Shown in pieces: positions 46,792-59,100 of a stretch of 64,000 nt of DNA (positions are counted from its first letter, which is position 1; each line of letters opens with the position of its first letter). The translations under genes were made by a program, and so were the position numbers. The notes below the pieces were generated by a model. That model was not told the origin of the DNA. It worked only from the letters and a program-made list of their open reading frames with translations, and searched no databases. Origin of the DNA: a virus (Duplodnaviria; Caudoviricetes); IMG/VR virus record IMGVR_UViG_3300014204_013734, positions 96,001 through 160,000 of that record, one strand, 5' to 3'.

Positions 46792-49700
46792 ATGAATCAG
46801 GATGAAAAAGTGGTCAAGAAGATACCCATCAGGAAGGGTATCGTTACGGGTCGACCCAACAAGGTTGTCACTTCAGCCATGCGGTCTAAAGTGGCATTTC
46901 CGACTTCCGGCGGTACTATCACGGGTTCCGGCGGGAATTTCTATTCTCCTGAACTGTCGACTGACTTCCTTGAACTCCCCCAAAGTATCAATGAACGTTG
47001 GAATTACTATCGCTTTTTCTATGACAACGAACCCTTCGTCGGGCAGGCTATAGATCTGCATACGGAACTTCCCCTTTCAAAAATCCGTCTGGTGCCGCCG
47101 GAAGCCAAGAATAGAGATTTGGCTCAGCAGGCGTTGACCTTTTGTGAAAAATGGTCCAAGAACATTCGGCTTCTTCACCGACTCATTGCAATCGTCCACG
47201 ATTATCACCTGATTGGGGAAGTGTACGTCTTTGCCGAAGACACTTCTCCTGATCTGCCACAGGATGTCCGGCAGGAACCCTTGCGGGAAATCACTTCCGA
47301 AGGGGAAGCCATAGAACGTTGGATAGATCGTCCTGACGCGGATGCACGGGCAATTGATTGGCTCAAGAGAAATTACAAGGGGTGGTCCGCTTTGAGGGTG
47401 CTTCCCCCTGAACAAATCCACATGACGTCATTCCCGTTCACTGACGAAAAAATTATTGAACTGGTTCCGGATTCTAAGACCAAGGACATTGTGGAAAAGG
47501 CTGACGCCGGGGATCTTCAGGCTGTCAGGGTCGTGGAATCCATGCCACAGGACATCATCCAGGCAATCAAGGAAGGTAAGAATATCCCCTTGAATACCGA
47601 TCCTGATGCCGGGTCTTTCGTTCATTATCTGGCTCGGAAGCGGAGTGATTACGACGAACACGGCAAGTCCATTCTTCAACGGTGCCTTCTGCCTGGAACA
47701 CCTATTTGGATCAAGCGGCATGGGACTATCCAACAGATTGCTGTGGAAGAGGTGAATGATTCCACGGATCTTTTGTTGACTCACCTGGGCCGGTTTATGC
47801 CTTGTAAGGCAGGAACCCGCCCGGTAGATGAAGAAATCACCGTCCTTGAAATCGAAGGTGTTGAAGAACCTTTGAAGCTGACTTCCGACCACGAAGTCCT
47901 TCGTGTCCTTGAAGACGGGTCTGAAGAGTGGGTTGCAGCAGGCAAACTGCAAATCGGGGATATTGTTCGGGAAAGTCATGTCCTTCTCGATGGAAATCCG
48001 GATGGAAATCCGGCAATTCCTTATCATTTCAAGAACATTGACATGGTCAGTTGGTGGTCGGGTCGTATCCTTGATTCAATCAAGCGCGGCAGACCCGGCA
48101 CAGATTTGTTGGAAACAGAACGGAAAGTTGTCGTTGAAGCTATTCATCCTGATGGGAATGGTATTGTCGTATCCTTCCGTCATGAAAATGACAATCGGAA
48201 CCGAGTGAAGATTAGTCCTGTGTTGGAAAAGATACTTTCTTGGGCGTTTAGCCTGGAAGTTCCCGTTGTCAAAACGCAGGCGGAAGTAGCTGTTCTTGCA
48301 GGGGTGTCGGAACGTGATGTTAGGATGTACGTCCCCCGTCTCCGTAAAGAAGGTCTGCTGAAGACGGAAGTCAGGTCCCTTGGCAGGGGGAAGGGTCAAT
48401 CCGTGACGTGGTTCCCTGCGGTAACTGGGACGCTTCCCCCTATTATTACAACCCTGTCTTCCCCTATCAGGAATATTGCCGTTGATGAAAATTTCTGTTG
48501 GTTGCTTGGGGCATGGTTTGGGGATGGTTTCGTTTGGACGGAACACGAAACTTTGTTGAACGTTGACTGTGTCGGATGGTCCCTTCACGACCAAGATGTT
48601 GAAGCTAAGGTCGTGGAATTGGTTGATAAGTATTTTGGTTCTGTGAATGTGAAGCGGGGTTGTCTCGTTGACAAGAACACGGATTCCGATGACCTTCGCA
48701 TTGAAGACCCCCTTTTGGCCCGTTGGTTTATGGAAGAATTTGGGTACACGGCACAAGGTAAGCAGATGCCCGAATGGCTTTTCCATCTTCCCGAAAGTTA
48801 CGTCCTGGCTTTTCTTCGTGGTCTGTTAGACACGGATGGTTGGATAGGGGTTGATACGGCATTTCAGATTGGGTTCGGCATGGACAATAAGGTTTTGATT
48901 GACCAGATGCACCTGTTGTGTAATCGGGTCGGGATCAAGACACATGTTGGGAAAAACCATAAGAAGGAACGTTCCTGGACAAGAACCTGGAACACCAAGA
49001 AGGGTGTTCGGGAAAAGACCTATGATTACGAAGCCAAGACTTATCCGACTTTGACTTGTTCTCGTTCCGAAGATGTTCGGCGATGGGCAGGGGAAGGAAG
49101 TATCAAGGGTTCCAGGGTTGAATGGGTAGACAGGGAACCAGACAACCGTAGGGGACCTAAGATGATCGGCGGATGGCTGGTCCACAGGATTGCTTCGGTT
49201 TTGAATACCCCCTACAAGGGTCCGGTGTGGTCGTTTGATGTTGAAGAGGATACTTCTCATTTTACTTCAATCATCACACATAATTGTTTGAGAACGCTGG
49301 TCTTCAGAGACAAGATTCGGCAGGCGCATACGTCCATTGCTTCTCGACACATGACGCCTTACCGGGTCATTTATGCCGAAAATATGAATGATGACCAGAC
49401 GGAAGCCTTGCGTGATCAAGTAGACTTGGCTTTACAAGACCCCGACTATTCCATCATCACGAACTTCGCGGTGACGTGGGAAGAAATGGGCGCCGATCAG
49501 CGGTTGCCCGACTGGTCTTGGGTGTGGGACATGACGGATCGTCAGCTTTATGCCGGTCTCGGCGTAACTGAAAGTCTGTTGTCCGGGGAAGGGGCCTATG
49601 GGGGTGACAGACTTCACCTAGAAGTTATCAACACCAGGTACATGTTACTGCGTGAAATCCTTCAAGATTTCGTTGAACATGATCTGTTCCGTCCTATGTG

Positions 49701-50070
49701 TGCAAGGATGGGGTTCGTTGAGGAAGACGATGAAGGGAATGTAGAACCTTTGGTTCCGCGTTTGTCCTTCACTCGTCTTGCTTTGCGTGATAATTCGGAC
49801 ACCTTTGACGCCTTGTTCAATCTCTACCAGAAGGGCAGCCTTGACATTGACATCATTCTGGATCTTCTCAACATAGATCCGGTAACAACCCGAGAAAAGC
49901 TGCAACGGGATGTGTTCACGTTGAATGATTCTTCGTTCAATGAAGTTTTACGGGGCATCTACCAGAAAGTCGGGGATCTTTTGGTAGAAGGTTCCGATGT
50001 TACGGAAAAGATTGCCGAAAACCTTGGACTGGTGTTCAAGAAAGTCAAGGAAGGCGGCGAACGTTTCTGA
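46792..50070 (+). CDS. Portal protein with intein (about 558 aa after splicing)
   Basis: Follows terL; YRFFYDNEPFVGQAIDLHTELPLSKI...DYHLIGEVY...GKSILQR/CLRTLVFRDK...AGLGVTESLLSGE pattern is typical of portals. Confidence 0.8.
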   Translation: MNQDEKVVKKIPIRKGIVTGRPNKVVTSAMRSKVAFPTSGGTITGSGGNFYSPELSTDFLELPQSINERWNYYRFFYDNEPFVGQAIDLHTELPLSKIRLVPPEAKNRDLAQQALTFCEKWSKNIRLLHRLIAIVHDYHLIGEVYVFAEDTSPDLPQDVRQEPLREITSEGEAIERWIDRPDADARAIDWLKRNYKGWSALRVLPPEQIHMTSFPFTDEKIIELVPDSKTKDIVEKADAGDLQAVRVVESMPQDIIQAIKEGKNIPLNTDPDAGSFVHYLARKRSDYDEHGKSILQRCLLPGTPIWIKRHGTIQQIAVEEVNDSTDLLLTHLGRFMPCKAGTRPVDEEITVLEIEGVEEPLKLTSDHEVLRVLEDGSEEWVAAGKLQIGDIVRESHVLLDGNPDGNPAIPYHFKNIDMVSWWSGRILDSIKRGRPGTDLLETERKVVVEAIHPDGNGIVVSFRHENDNRNRVKISPVLEKILSWAFSLEVPVVKTQAEVAVLAGVSERDVRMYVPRLRKEGLLKTEVRSLGRGKGQSVTWFPAVTGTLPPIITTLSSPIRNIAVDENFCWLLGAWFGDGFVWTEHETLLNVDCVGWSLHDQDVEAKVVELVDKYFGSVNVKRGCLVDKNTDSDDLRIEDPLLARWFMEEFGYTAQGKQMPEWLFHLPESYVLAFLRGLLDTDGWIGVDTAFQIGFGMDNKVLIDQMHLLCNRVGIKTHVGKNHKKERSWTRTWNTKKGVREKTYDYEAKTYPTLTCSRSEDVRRWAGEGSIKGSRVEWVDREPDNRRGPKMIGGWLVHRIASVLNTPYKGPVWSFDVEEDTSHFTSIITHNCLRTLVFRDKIRQAHTSIASRHMTPYRVIYAENMNDDQTEALRDQVDLALQDPDYSIITNFAVTWEEMGADQRLPDWSWVWDMTDRQLYAGLGVTESLLSGEGAYGGDRLHLEVINTRYMLLREILQDFVEHDLFRPMCARMGFVEEDDEGNVEPLVPRLSFTRLALRDNSDTFDALFNLYQKGSLDIDIILDLLNIDPVTTREKLQRDVFTLNDSSFNEVLRGIYQKVGDLLVEGSDVTEKIAENLGLVFKKVKEGGERF
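47683..49284 (+). mobile_element. Portal intein (534 aa, LAGLIDADG, extra HTH)
   Basis: Starts CLLPGT; TSDH; LGAWFGDG and LRGLLDTDG; VWSFDVEED; ends ITHN before Cys. Confidence 0.9.
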
Positions 50071-50142
50071 TTTTCTTCGTTTTTTTCCTTATCGGCCGCC
50101 CCTTACGGACGCACTTTCTTCGGGCGTGAGGGTTCTGGCATT

Positions 50143-53100
50143 ATGCAGCAGACAGTTTCCAGCGCAAAAGACGGCAGAAAGACGGGGGACGGGTCCGGGG
50201 TCGGATTTTTCATTCCCCTTCCTCCTGATCTTGGGGCGCAGTTCCCTGACCTTGGGGATGAAGACCGCAGCAATCCGCATACGACATTTCTTTACGTTGG
50301 GGAAGTTCCTGAAGAACGAGAAGCCGAATTCCTGGAAGTGTCTGCCCGTGTCCTGGGGACGTTGGGCGGTCTTGTTCGGGGTTATCTTGATCACCTTGAC
50401 TATTTTACGCAGCCAGACAAGGACCGGAAGGTCGCTGTCATGGCGATTCGGTTTGACAAGGATCTTGCAGCACTTAGATGGAATCTACGCGATGCCCTTC
50501 TTGATGCCGGTTTTCAGGTAGCTGATGGATTCCCCCTTCTGTACAAACCGCATGCAACTATCCAATACATGGAAGGACTTGGTTCCGAATGGAAAGGTCA
50601 TGTCCCTTCCGGGTCATGGTCATTTGACAGGATGGAAGTTTGGGGTCTGCCGAAACTGCATTCCGTTTATTTTGGTGAATCCGTGGAAGGACGTGTAGCG
50701 TCCAGGTTCCTGGAATCCATGGAACACGGGGTTTCGGTTGCCTTGATGAAGTTCTTGTCGGATGTTGCCAAAAAAGCAGGCGTGTCAAAAAACACCTACG
50801 TAGTAGGCGGGGCCGTTCGTAATTTCATTTTGGGGGTGCCCGTCAAAGACGTGGATGTCGTGATAGATTCCATTGCTTCGGGCAAGGATTCCGCATGGTT
50901 CGCCAAAAAGGTCAAGGAAGCGATTCCCGTCCCAACCAGTTTCGTGACCAATCAGTACGGTGTTGCATTGCTGACGGTGAAGGGGGATTGGTTCGTTGAT
51001 GGGGCTAATCTGAATGGGGAAACCATAGAGATTGCCAACGCCCGGAAGGAATCCTATGGTGGGGAAGCGGGCCAAGGTTACAAACCCCATATGGTCGCTC
51101 CTGCGACCATAAAGGAAGATGTCATCAGGCGGGATTTCACTTTCAACACCCTCATGTGGCGTCTCCATGATCTATCTTCCGGTCCCGATGCGGCAGAAAT
51201 CCTGGATATAACCGAATGCGGATTGAAGGATCTGCAGGCGGGGGAAATGCGGTGCCCTTCCGATCCTGACAAAACTTTTTCGAATGATCCTTCCAGATTG
51301 ATACGGGCCATAAAATTTATTTTGAAATACGGATTCAAGGTTCCCCCGGAAGTGGAAGCTTCTATTCGCCGTAACGGTCTGAAGCTCAGAAACGTCCCTC
51401 CTGGTCACCTTAGCAACATGATCATTGAATTGTTCTACGAAGGTGGGTGGGGTCGGCGTGCTTTGGAAGAAATGGACAAGTTGGGACTCCTGGAAGTCAT
51501 CAAAGACATAGCTAGGACGGACAAACCTTTCAGGGAAGCCTTGTCCAATTGGGCAGACCGCAAGGCTGACATTTCTTTCCTGTTTGACCTGATTGACATC
51601 GGGATGCCGACCGGAAGGCGTTTGAACTTCCTGACACAACCGCAGAAGGACCGTCTCAGGGAAATAACCGTACAATGGCCTGCTGAGAAGTCCGACGAAT
51701 TTGTAAACCTGCTGGAACAGCCTGGGCGCATCAAGGGTCTTGCTTTCGGGGGATTGATCCAGGAACTTGGGCTTCAAGGACCAGGAATCAAGGCGTTGAC
51801 CGACACCGTTCGCCAACGGCTTCTTGACGATCCTGATTTGGTCAGAAATCCTGACAAGCTCAGGAGGTTGGTCGGGTTGGGGAAAACGGCCGGGATTGAC
51901 AAACCCTTGGACAAGGACTGGTTGATGGCCGTCCGACGGGGATGGTTGAAATTGATGAATCCTGCTATCCGTGATTACGGCGATGTGCTGAAAGCGTTTA
52001 ATGCTTTGGATGCCTTTGCCGAAAACTTGCAGGATCAGGTGCTTAATGTCAGGCGTGATCTTTTTACGAACGATGTCAGAACTGACAAGGTAATTGCCGG
52101 CATCAAGAGGCTTCGGGAAGCAATTTCGGATTCCAGATACCATGCGAAGTTTTGGTCCGAGTGGCTTGACGGGACATCCGTGGGTTTTCGGTTGGGGGAA
52201 GATCGGACCGCAGATGCCTTGAAGATGTTGGAATTGTACCGCACGAATTTTTCTGATGCTTCTGGAACTTCAGTGAAGGGGCGTAAAAGTCCCAGCAACC
52301 CTTGGGCGAATAGCCGACAGGTTCCGTTGACTTATATCCTGGACGCGGTTTTGAAGGGGCTTTACGAAATTGCCAAAAAGAATCTGGAAGTAGGGGAGTC
52401 CGGGGACATACCGGAATATGAATCGTTCTTTCGGGAATTTTCCCTGGGAGGCATGAAGATTCTTATCAGTGATCCGAAAACACATGGTAAGGCGATAGGT
52501 GCCTATGTCCGTCAGATTGGTAAGGCAAAGCATCTTTTGGAAGCGGCTGGATTCGCCAAGGATTGGCGTGGGTTGATGATGGTCCAGTCGTCTGATTGGC
52601 ATGTTTTGACTGACACGGAAAGGGAAATATATCGGCGCAGAGGTTATGACATTCAGGAAACTGCGGGGCAGTATAGAAGTGGATCCGATTCCATTGTCCT
52701 GACTTCCCCCCCGGATTGGTCTTTGGTATTGACAATCGTGCATGAGATCGGACACCGACATTGGTCCAAGTATTTGGATGTTTCCGACAGAAAACGTTTC
52801 GCGGACTGGATTGCCGAAGGTTTGGCTCCGGTCAGCGACTACGGGAAAACCAATCCGTCAGAAGCTTTTGCAGAGGTATTCGCTCATTATGTGAATCGAA
52901 AGAACATGACCAGAGACCAGTTGGAATCCTTCAAAGCAGTGGTCAATAAGACGGCGTCCGAAAAAAAGGTGTTGAAAAACAAAAAAGGCTGCTTGATTTT
53001 GGCTCGTGTAGGGGGTTTGAGTCCGGTTAGGCAGCGCAACGAAGCGGCGCCTGCCCGTAAAGGGTTGTGGGCCTTTCTATGGCCTTGGTTTGACACTTGG

Positions 53101-56100
53101 TTGCTTAGTGGCACGAATGCTAGGGGGTGGCTTGAGAATCAAGATCAAAAAGGGGGCACGCGGTTGGAGGATTTCAAGCGCGAAGGCTACCGGAAATTCA
53201 AACATTGCGGTTATGTGTGGACGCATTTTGATATTCCAGGAAAAGAAGTTTTGACTAAAGGTCATTGGAATTTGGTTCATTCCTCGGATCTGGCGCGGGA
53301 AATTCCTCGGATATACAAGAGCGAACTTAAAGCTTTACGGAAACAGTATTGGGAAGATTCTAAAACCCCTACTACCCCGGCCGGAGTTGAAGAACAGAAA
53401 CAGCAATCCCTTGAATTTGCGGAATATTGGATACGTCGTCAGGACTGGTCCGAAATGTGCGAGGTGTTTGTTGAACCCCATATGGCGGACAAGACGGCGG
53501 CATTCACTGAAAGCGACTTGGAAACTGCCACCAAGGAGTTTGAAGAAGTTGTACAGCGTCTTACTGACAAGAGGGCCCTTTTTGAAAAAGCCTTTGCAAA
53601 CGAAAACGTTGATGACCCAAGGTATTTGCGACACAGGAAAATTGGGCTCAAGGCATGGATGGAAAAACCTTGGGCCTGGTTGGTTTTTAACGGGAATAAG
53701 TTGTCAAGAATCGTGTTGGAACGGAAATCAGTTCCTTCTGGGCAGGGGAAGGCTTTGGAAATGGCGGCTCGGACTTTCATGTCAGCCAAGCGTTTTCCTG
53801 CAGATTTTGAAGGGTGGATGGCCAAGAATTCAAAGTATGTGGCTTTCCTTCTGAATGCCGCGAAAACTTGGGAAGACAAGAAAGAAGGGGGTTCAGAACT
53901 ATTCAAGATCGGTCCATTCACTGTCCACAATACCATCGGGGCGGCGGATGCCGATTTGGAAGGTGTCCGAAAGATGTTTGAAGCAGCAACATCTGCTGTC
54001 GGACGATTGGGCGGGGATTATTCCGATTTCAAGAAGGTTCTTTACGGAGATGTGCTTGTCGTTGCCCGGTTGAGTCAGCCTAAAGTGATGGCTTGGTATA
54101 CCCCCAATGAGGATGCTGTTTATGTCCGGCAGATGAAGACCGCCGGGATTGACGATGTCCACAATCTTATTCACGAATTGGCTCATCGGTTTTGGAGAAA
54201 GTTTGCGGACGCTAAATTGAAGGCGCGTTGGGTACAACGTGATGACATTGTGCGGTGGGGGGATGATTGGTTCAAGGGTTTGAAGTTGCCTGGGATAGGG
54301 GACACCCTTCCAATTATCTTGAACAAGCAAAAGTATCCTAAGATTGTTGATTTGGACGCCAAGGTTTACAAATTGGCGGTGCCAACGATTTTGGATCCTT
54401 ACAATACTGTTTCCATCCCTCGGACCAAGGTTTTGGAATGGGTTCGGGAAGATGCCAAGAAGGAACAGTTTCCTACCCCCTATGCCGCCAGAGGAGGGGT
54501 AGAAGAACACTTCTGCGAAGCCCTTGCCCTCAAGGCACTCGGTAAGCTCCAGAAGAATCACGAAGAAGCTCTTGATAGAGTGTTCAGCGGGGAACCTGAT
54601 CCGAAGGAGATTGCGTTTGTCAAGGATGTTCAGGAGGCCCTGCGGAAACAGAATCCGTCTGTTGTAGCGTTCCGTCATCTGAAAAAGGCTGGGTTTTTCA
54701 ATGTTGGGGATAAAATTTGGTTCGGCAAATATAAAAACAAAGCCGGGATTATAAAGGGCTTTTCACGGGACCCAAAAGGCAATCCGACCGTCATCATTTC
54801 CCCTGTACCCCAAGGACGGAAGCAAGACAAGGAATTTGGCTTGTACAAAATCTGGCATGCCGATCCTGCCAAAAAGGTTGCCGTCCGTTGGATTTTTGGT
54901 TCCCCTGTCAGGGAACCTTGGCAAATGACGTTTGATGAGTTTCGGCGTGAAGTCAAAACCCAAAGAATTGAATGGAAAGCTGTTCAGACGTTTGAAGATT
55001 TTTTGAAAACGAAGAAGGTTGATCCAAAAGAGCTGCCTTCCCTTGAGGAAGAAGCTGACGTTTTGGGGGGTTTGCTTTTCAGTCGTCCAAATATGACGCA
55101 ACATGAAAAAGGTCGTTTGAAAGGAATTGTCCACAAAAAAATGCTAAAGGATAAGCTTGTTAAGGAATGGAAAGACACCGTGGACAAGGTTGAAACCCAC
55201 ACTGATCTTGATTTATCTAGAAGTTCCGATGCTGCCTATTTGAAGGTCCAGCACAAACGGGCTATCAGGAAGGCATTATCTGAAGGGAATCCAGTTCCTT
55301 CCGAAGTTCTTGCAGAATATCCCGACATCAAAACCGGGATGCGTGTCGCCCAGGATGATAGATGGGATCGTCGGAAGCCAGAAGCGTTCCGAACCCTGAT
55401 TCCCGAAGGTATTTCTAAGAGAATTTACCAAGAACAGATCGGGGAAGTCGGGGGTTTCAAGGTGTGGTTGGTAGACGGCATCGTAATTCGTGACAAAATT
55501 GATATTGATTTCACGGCAGGAGGGAACCCGTCAAGGTACGGTTACATTCCTGCGGATGAAATTTGGTTGGAAAAGACTGGGGATTCCCCATTCAGGAATT
55601 TTGATTTGGCCGCTACCTTGATTCACGAACTTGTTGAATCTTGGGTGATGTCAAACTTGGGGTGGGATTACGACAGGGCTCACGACACGGCTTCCAAATT
55701 TGAAAAGGGGTTCAGGAAGCATCCCCGACTGGTGCCGGAGAACCGGATTCTTTTGATTGCGGAATTCTTGTACCGGAAATGGTTGGGGAGTTCCATGTCG
55801 GGTCGGGTTGCCGCCCGTTACAAGGACAAGAAGACCGTTAAAGATAAGAACGGCGACGACATGGTCGTTTACGAATACAGTGACCGACAGATCGCCAACA
55901 GGAATCGGGAAAAGGCGGAACGGGTTGAAAAGCTCCGCGGCAAGTTGGACAAGCTGGTTTCTCAGGTCAAGAAAGACCTGAAGTCTGACGATGAAAAAAC
56001 CCGCATGACCGCCTTGGCGGTTGGGTTAATTAATGACGTGTACGAGCGCGTTGGAAATCCAGGATCCGCCAAGGACGGTCATTTTGGGGTCACTGGTTGG

Positions 56101-59100
56101 CTTGTCAAGCATGTGTCCTTTTCCGATGGGAAGGCCCTTCTTAAATATGTTGGCAAGTCGGGGGTTGAACAGGACAAGGAAACATCGGACGCTGGTTTGG
56201 TGAAAGCGTTGAAGGATGCCGTCAAAGGCAAGAAGAAGGATGATCCGATCTTTGAATTTGATGGAGGTCGGATCAGTTCAGAAACGGTGAACGAATATCT
56301 GAAACCTTTTGACATCACGGCGAAGGATATCCGTGGACTTCACGCCAACAAAGAAACGCAAAAGGCGTTGAAGGCTATCCGGGCTAAGGGCGGAAAGCTT
56401 CCAGAGGATAAGAAAGAACGGGAAAAGAAGCTCAAGGAGGAATTCAAGAAAGCTGTGGAAGAAGCGGCGGAAATCGTTGGACATGAACCTACCACACTTA
56501 AAAATCTGTATTTGGTTCCAAATCTGTACGAGGCGTTTATTGAAGACGGGACGGTCAAGGAAAACCTAGCGAAACAGAAAACAGCGTCCGTTGCTGCGGT
56601 AGATTTGGAAGAACAATTGAAGCTGTTGTCTCCTTCAGACCGTCACCGGTACGATGAACGGTTGAAGGAGGATCAGGAATTTAGGACTAACCAGGCTGTT
56701 ATCTTTTTGGATCGTCGTGTTCCGAAAGATCAGGTTGTCCGTCTTGAAAAGGAACGTTATCAGAAAATTTACAGGTTGTTGAAGGAATCATATAAGAAAG
56801 CACTACGAGATGGAAAAGATGTTTGGGTGCGAGGTGTTCCACAACTTCTTCCCTTGTTTTACAAATATGCCGTTGAAGCTTTGTCCGCTGAATTTCCAGG
56901 ACTTTCTTTTTCCAAACCTGTTGGATTTCTGATGAAAGATCACCAGAAGCCCCTTCGTTTGTGGGATGAAGCTGAGTATATCCATGACTACGTGGAAAAG
57001 AACCTGGGGAAAATTCATCGTGCTACCAAGACGCACGGGGAAAGGGAAGACGAGGAAGTCGCCGAATTGGTTAAGCCCTTGCCTAAGAAAAACCCCCCCA
57101 GGAATGATCTCCGGAAGGAACGCATGGAAGAGAACGACGGAGATGTAGGAAACCAGGGGGCCGACGAAGATAAAGACATGTCCTTGAATTACAAGCGGGT
57201 TGCCAACCGTTGGATTGAAGGAACCCAGAAAAAGCTATCTCCTGATCAGGAAACGCTTTTGCGTTCTTTGTGGTACAACGGGGATGATGCTGCTTTGGCG
57301 ACGTTCTTGGATTGGCCACGTTCCAAAGTCAAAAGAATTGTAGACCAGTTGCAGAAACTTGGTCTTGTGATTGTAGATTCCGACGGGATCATACAAGAAA
57401 ACACAAAGACAAATAGGATTGCCAACCGTTGGTTTCATTCCAAAAAAGACCTCATCAACGTTCGGAGAAAGGAAGATGGCAAGGTCGTTCAAGTCACCGA
57501 AGAGACCTTGAAGGAATCCCCTGATGAATATGAAACCTTGGAAGAAGGGGAACCCGAACCCGAACCCAAACCCGAACCCAAACCTGAACCTGAAAAGAAA
57601 GTTTGGGAATCAGATATGGGTTTGGTCAAGGATGATCAAGGCAAGGTGACTGGAGTTGATAAAGGCGGTAATGCCTTCAAGGAAACAGCCAAGGAATACG
57701 GGAAGGACACTGTTGAACTGGTTCTTTTCCTGCGTGCCTTTGCGCAGGGGGCCAAGATCAAAATCCCCCCTGCCCTTGCGAAAACGAAAGCCTGGAAGGA
57801 AATCTCCGATTATCCGGTTGAAACCAATCCGGCCCTTGTCAAGGGACTTTTGGAAGCCAAAGATTCCCCCTACAAGGAAGTTTTGGATGCGTTTGACGCA
57901 GCCACATCAAAGGGGAAACCTTCAATCATTCCCGAAAAGAAAAAAGAAGTTGAAGCCCCGACGGTCCAGGAAGGTGAATCCAAACCTGTTCCCAAACCGG
58001 AACCCGTTCCGGCCGTTGAAGAACCCGATACATCTGAAAAGGACTTGGATGCCGTTGTTGGTATGCTGGAAGTTGATCCTGACATGCAGGATGCTTCAGC
58101 AAAAATCACCAAGCGTTTATCCGACCCTAAAACCAGAGAAGAAGCGGTACGGGCATACCGGGAAACCTTTGACGAAGTCATGAATGAATTGAAGAACCAA
58201 GGGGGGGAAGGATTTGATGTGTCGGAATCCATGGCTACCGACCTTGGGGATGCTTTAAAGAATCCTGCCGGAGGGCGTGACGGAAAAGATTTGGGTCGCG
58301 ATTTAGCCCTTCATTCCATCGCCAAGCGTTTGGCGGATCCTGCTAATTTGGACGGGGTTGGTCTTTCGGAAGAGCCTTTGGATGAAATGACCCTTATTGA
58401 TCGGGGTGATCGTGCCCTGGAATTTTATGTCAAGTTTCCCGCTAATTTCCGTCAGGAAGTTGCTCGCCAAATGGTGGATAGGATCAGGGAAGCTAAGGAA
58501 AAAGGCGGTCCGCAAATACAGGAACTTGAACGCATTACTGCGGGTTTGCAAGCTGCTGCAATCGTTCATGATGATTTCAAGGACAAGAGGAACAAATGGC
58601 CCCTTTCTATTTCCCGTCCCGCCCCTGTTTTTAATGGGATTGTGAAATCTCTTTATGAAAAAGGGGATACTCGGGTTGTTGCGTCTTTCGGTATCGGGGC
58701 TCAAGGATTAGCTACGCCGGAAGGTCGGGAAAAATTGCGGCAGGCATTGGATTCCCTTGATGAAGATGAATTGTTTGAAGCGTTGGGCGGGGAGAAGGGC
58801 GAATGGGGTTTGATGATCCGAAACCTTAAGAAAGGGGGTTTGAGGGAAAAGGACAAGGCATGGTATTTGAATTTCATGAAGGAAATGACTGTTGGTGAAG
58901 TTACGACAGGGAATACGGTAGTGATGCAGGCGGCTACGAACGCCCAGGAAGTGAAGGCAAAGGCGGATAAAGAAAGAGAACGTAACCGGGAAGTGAAGCC
59001 GACTTCAGCCCAGATGGAACCTTCCTGGTCGGACTTAATTGATCCTAAATCCGAAAACACCATCGGGGAAGCGGCGGACGCTGTTCACAAAGATGCCCAG

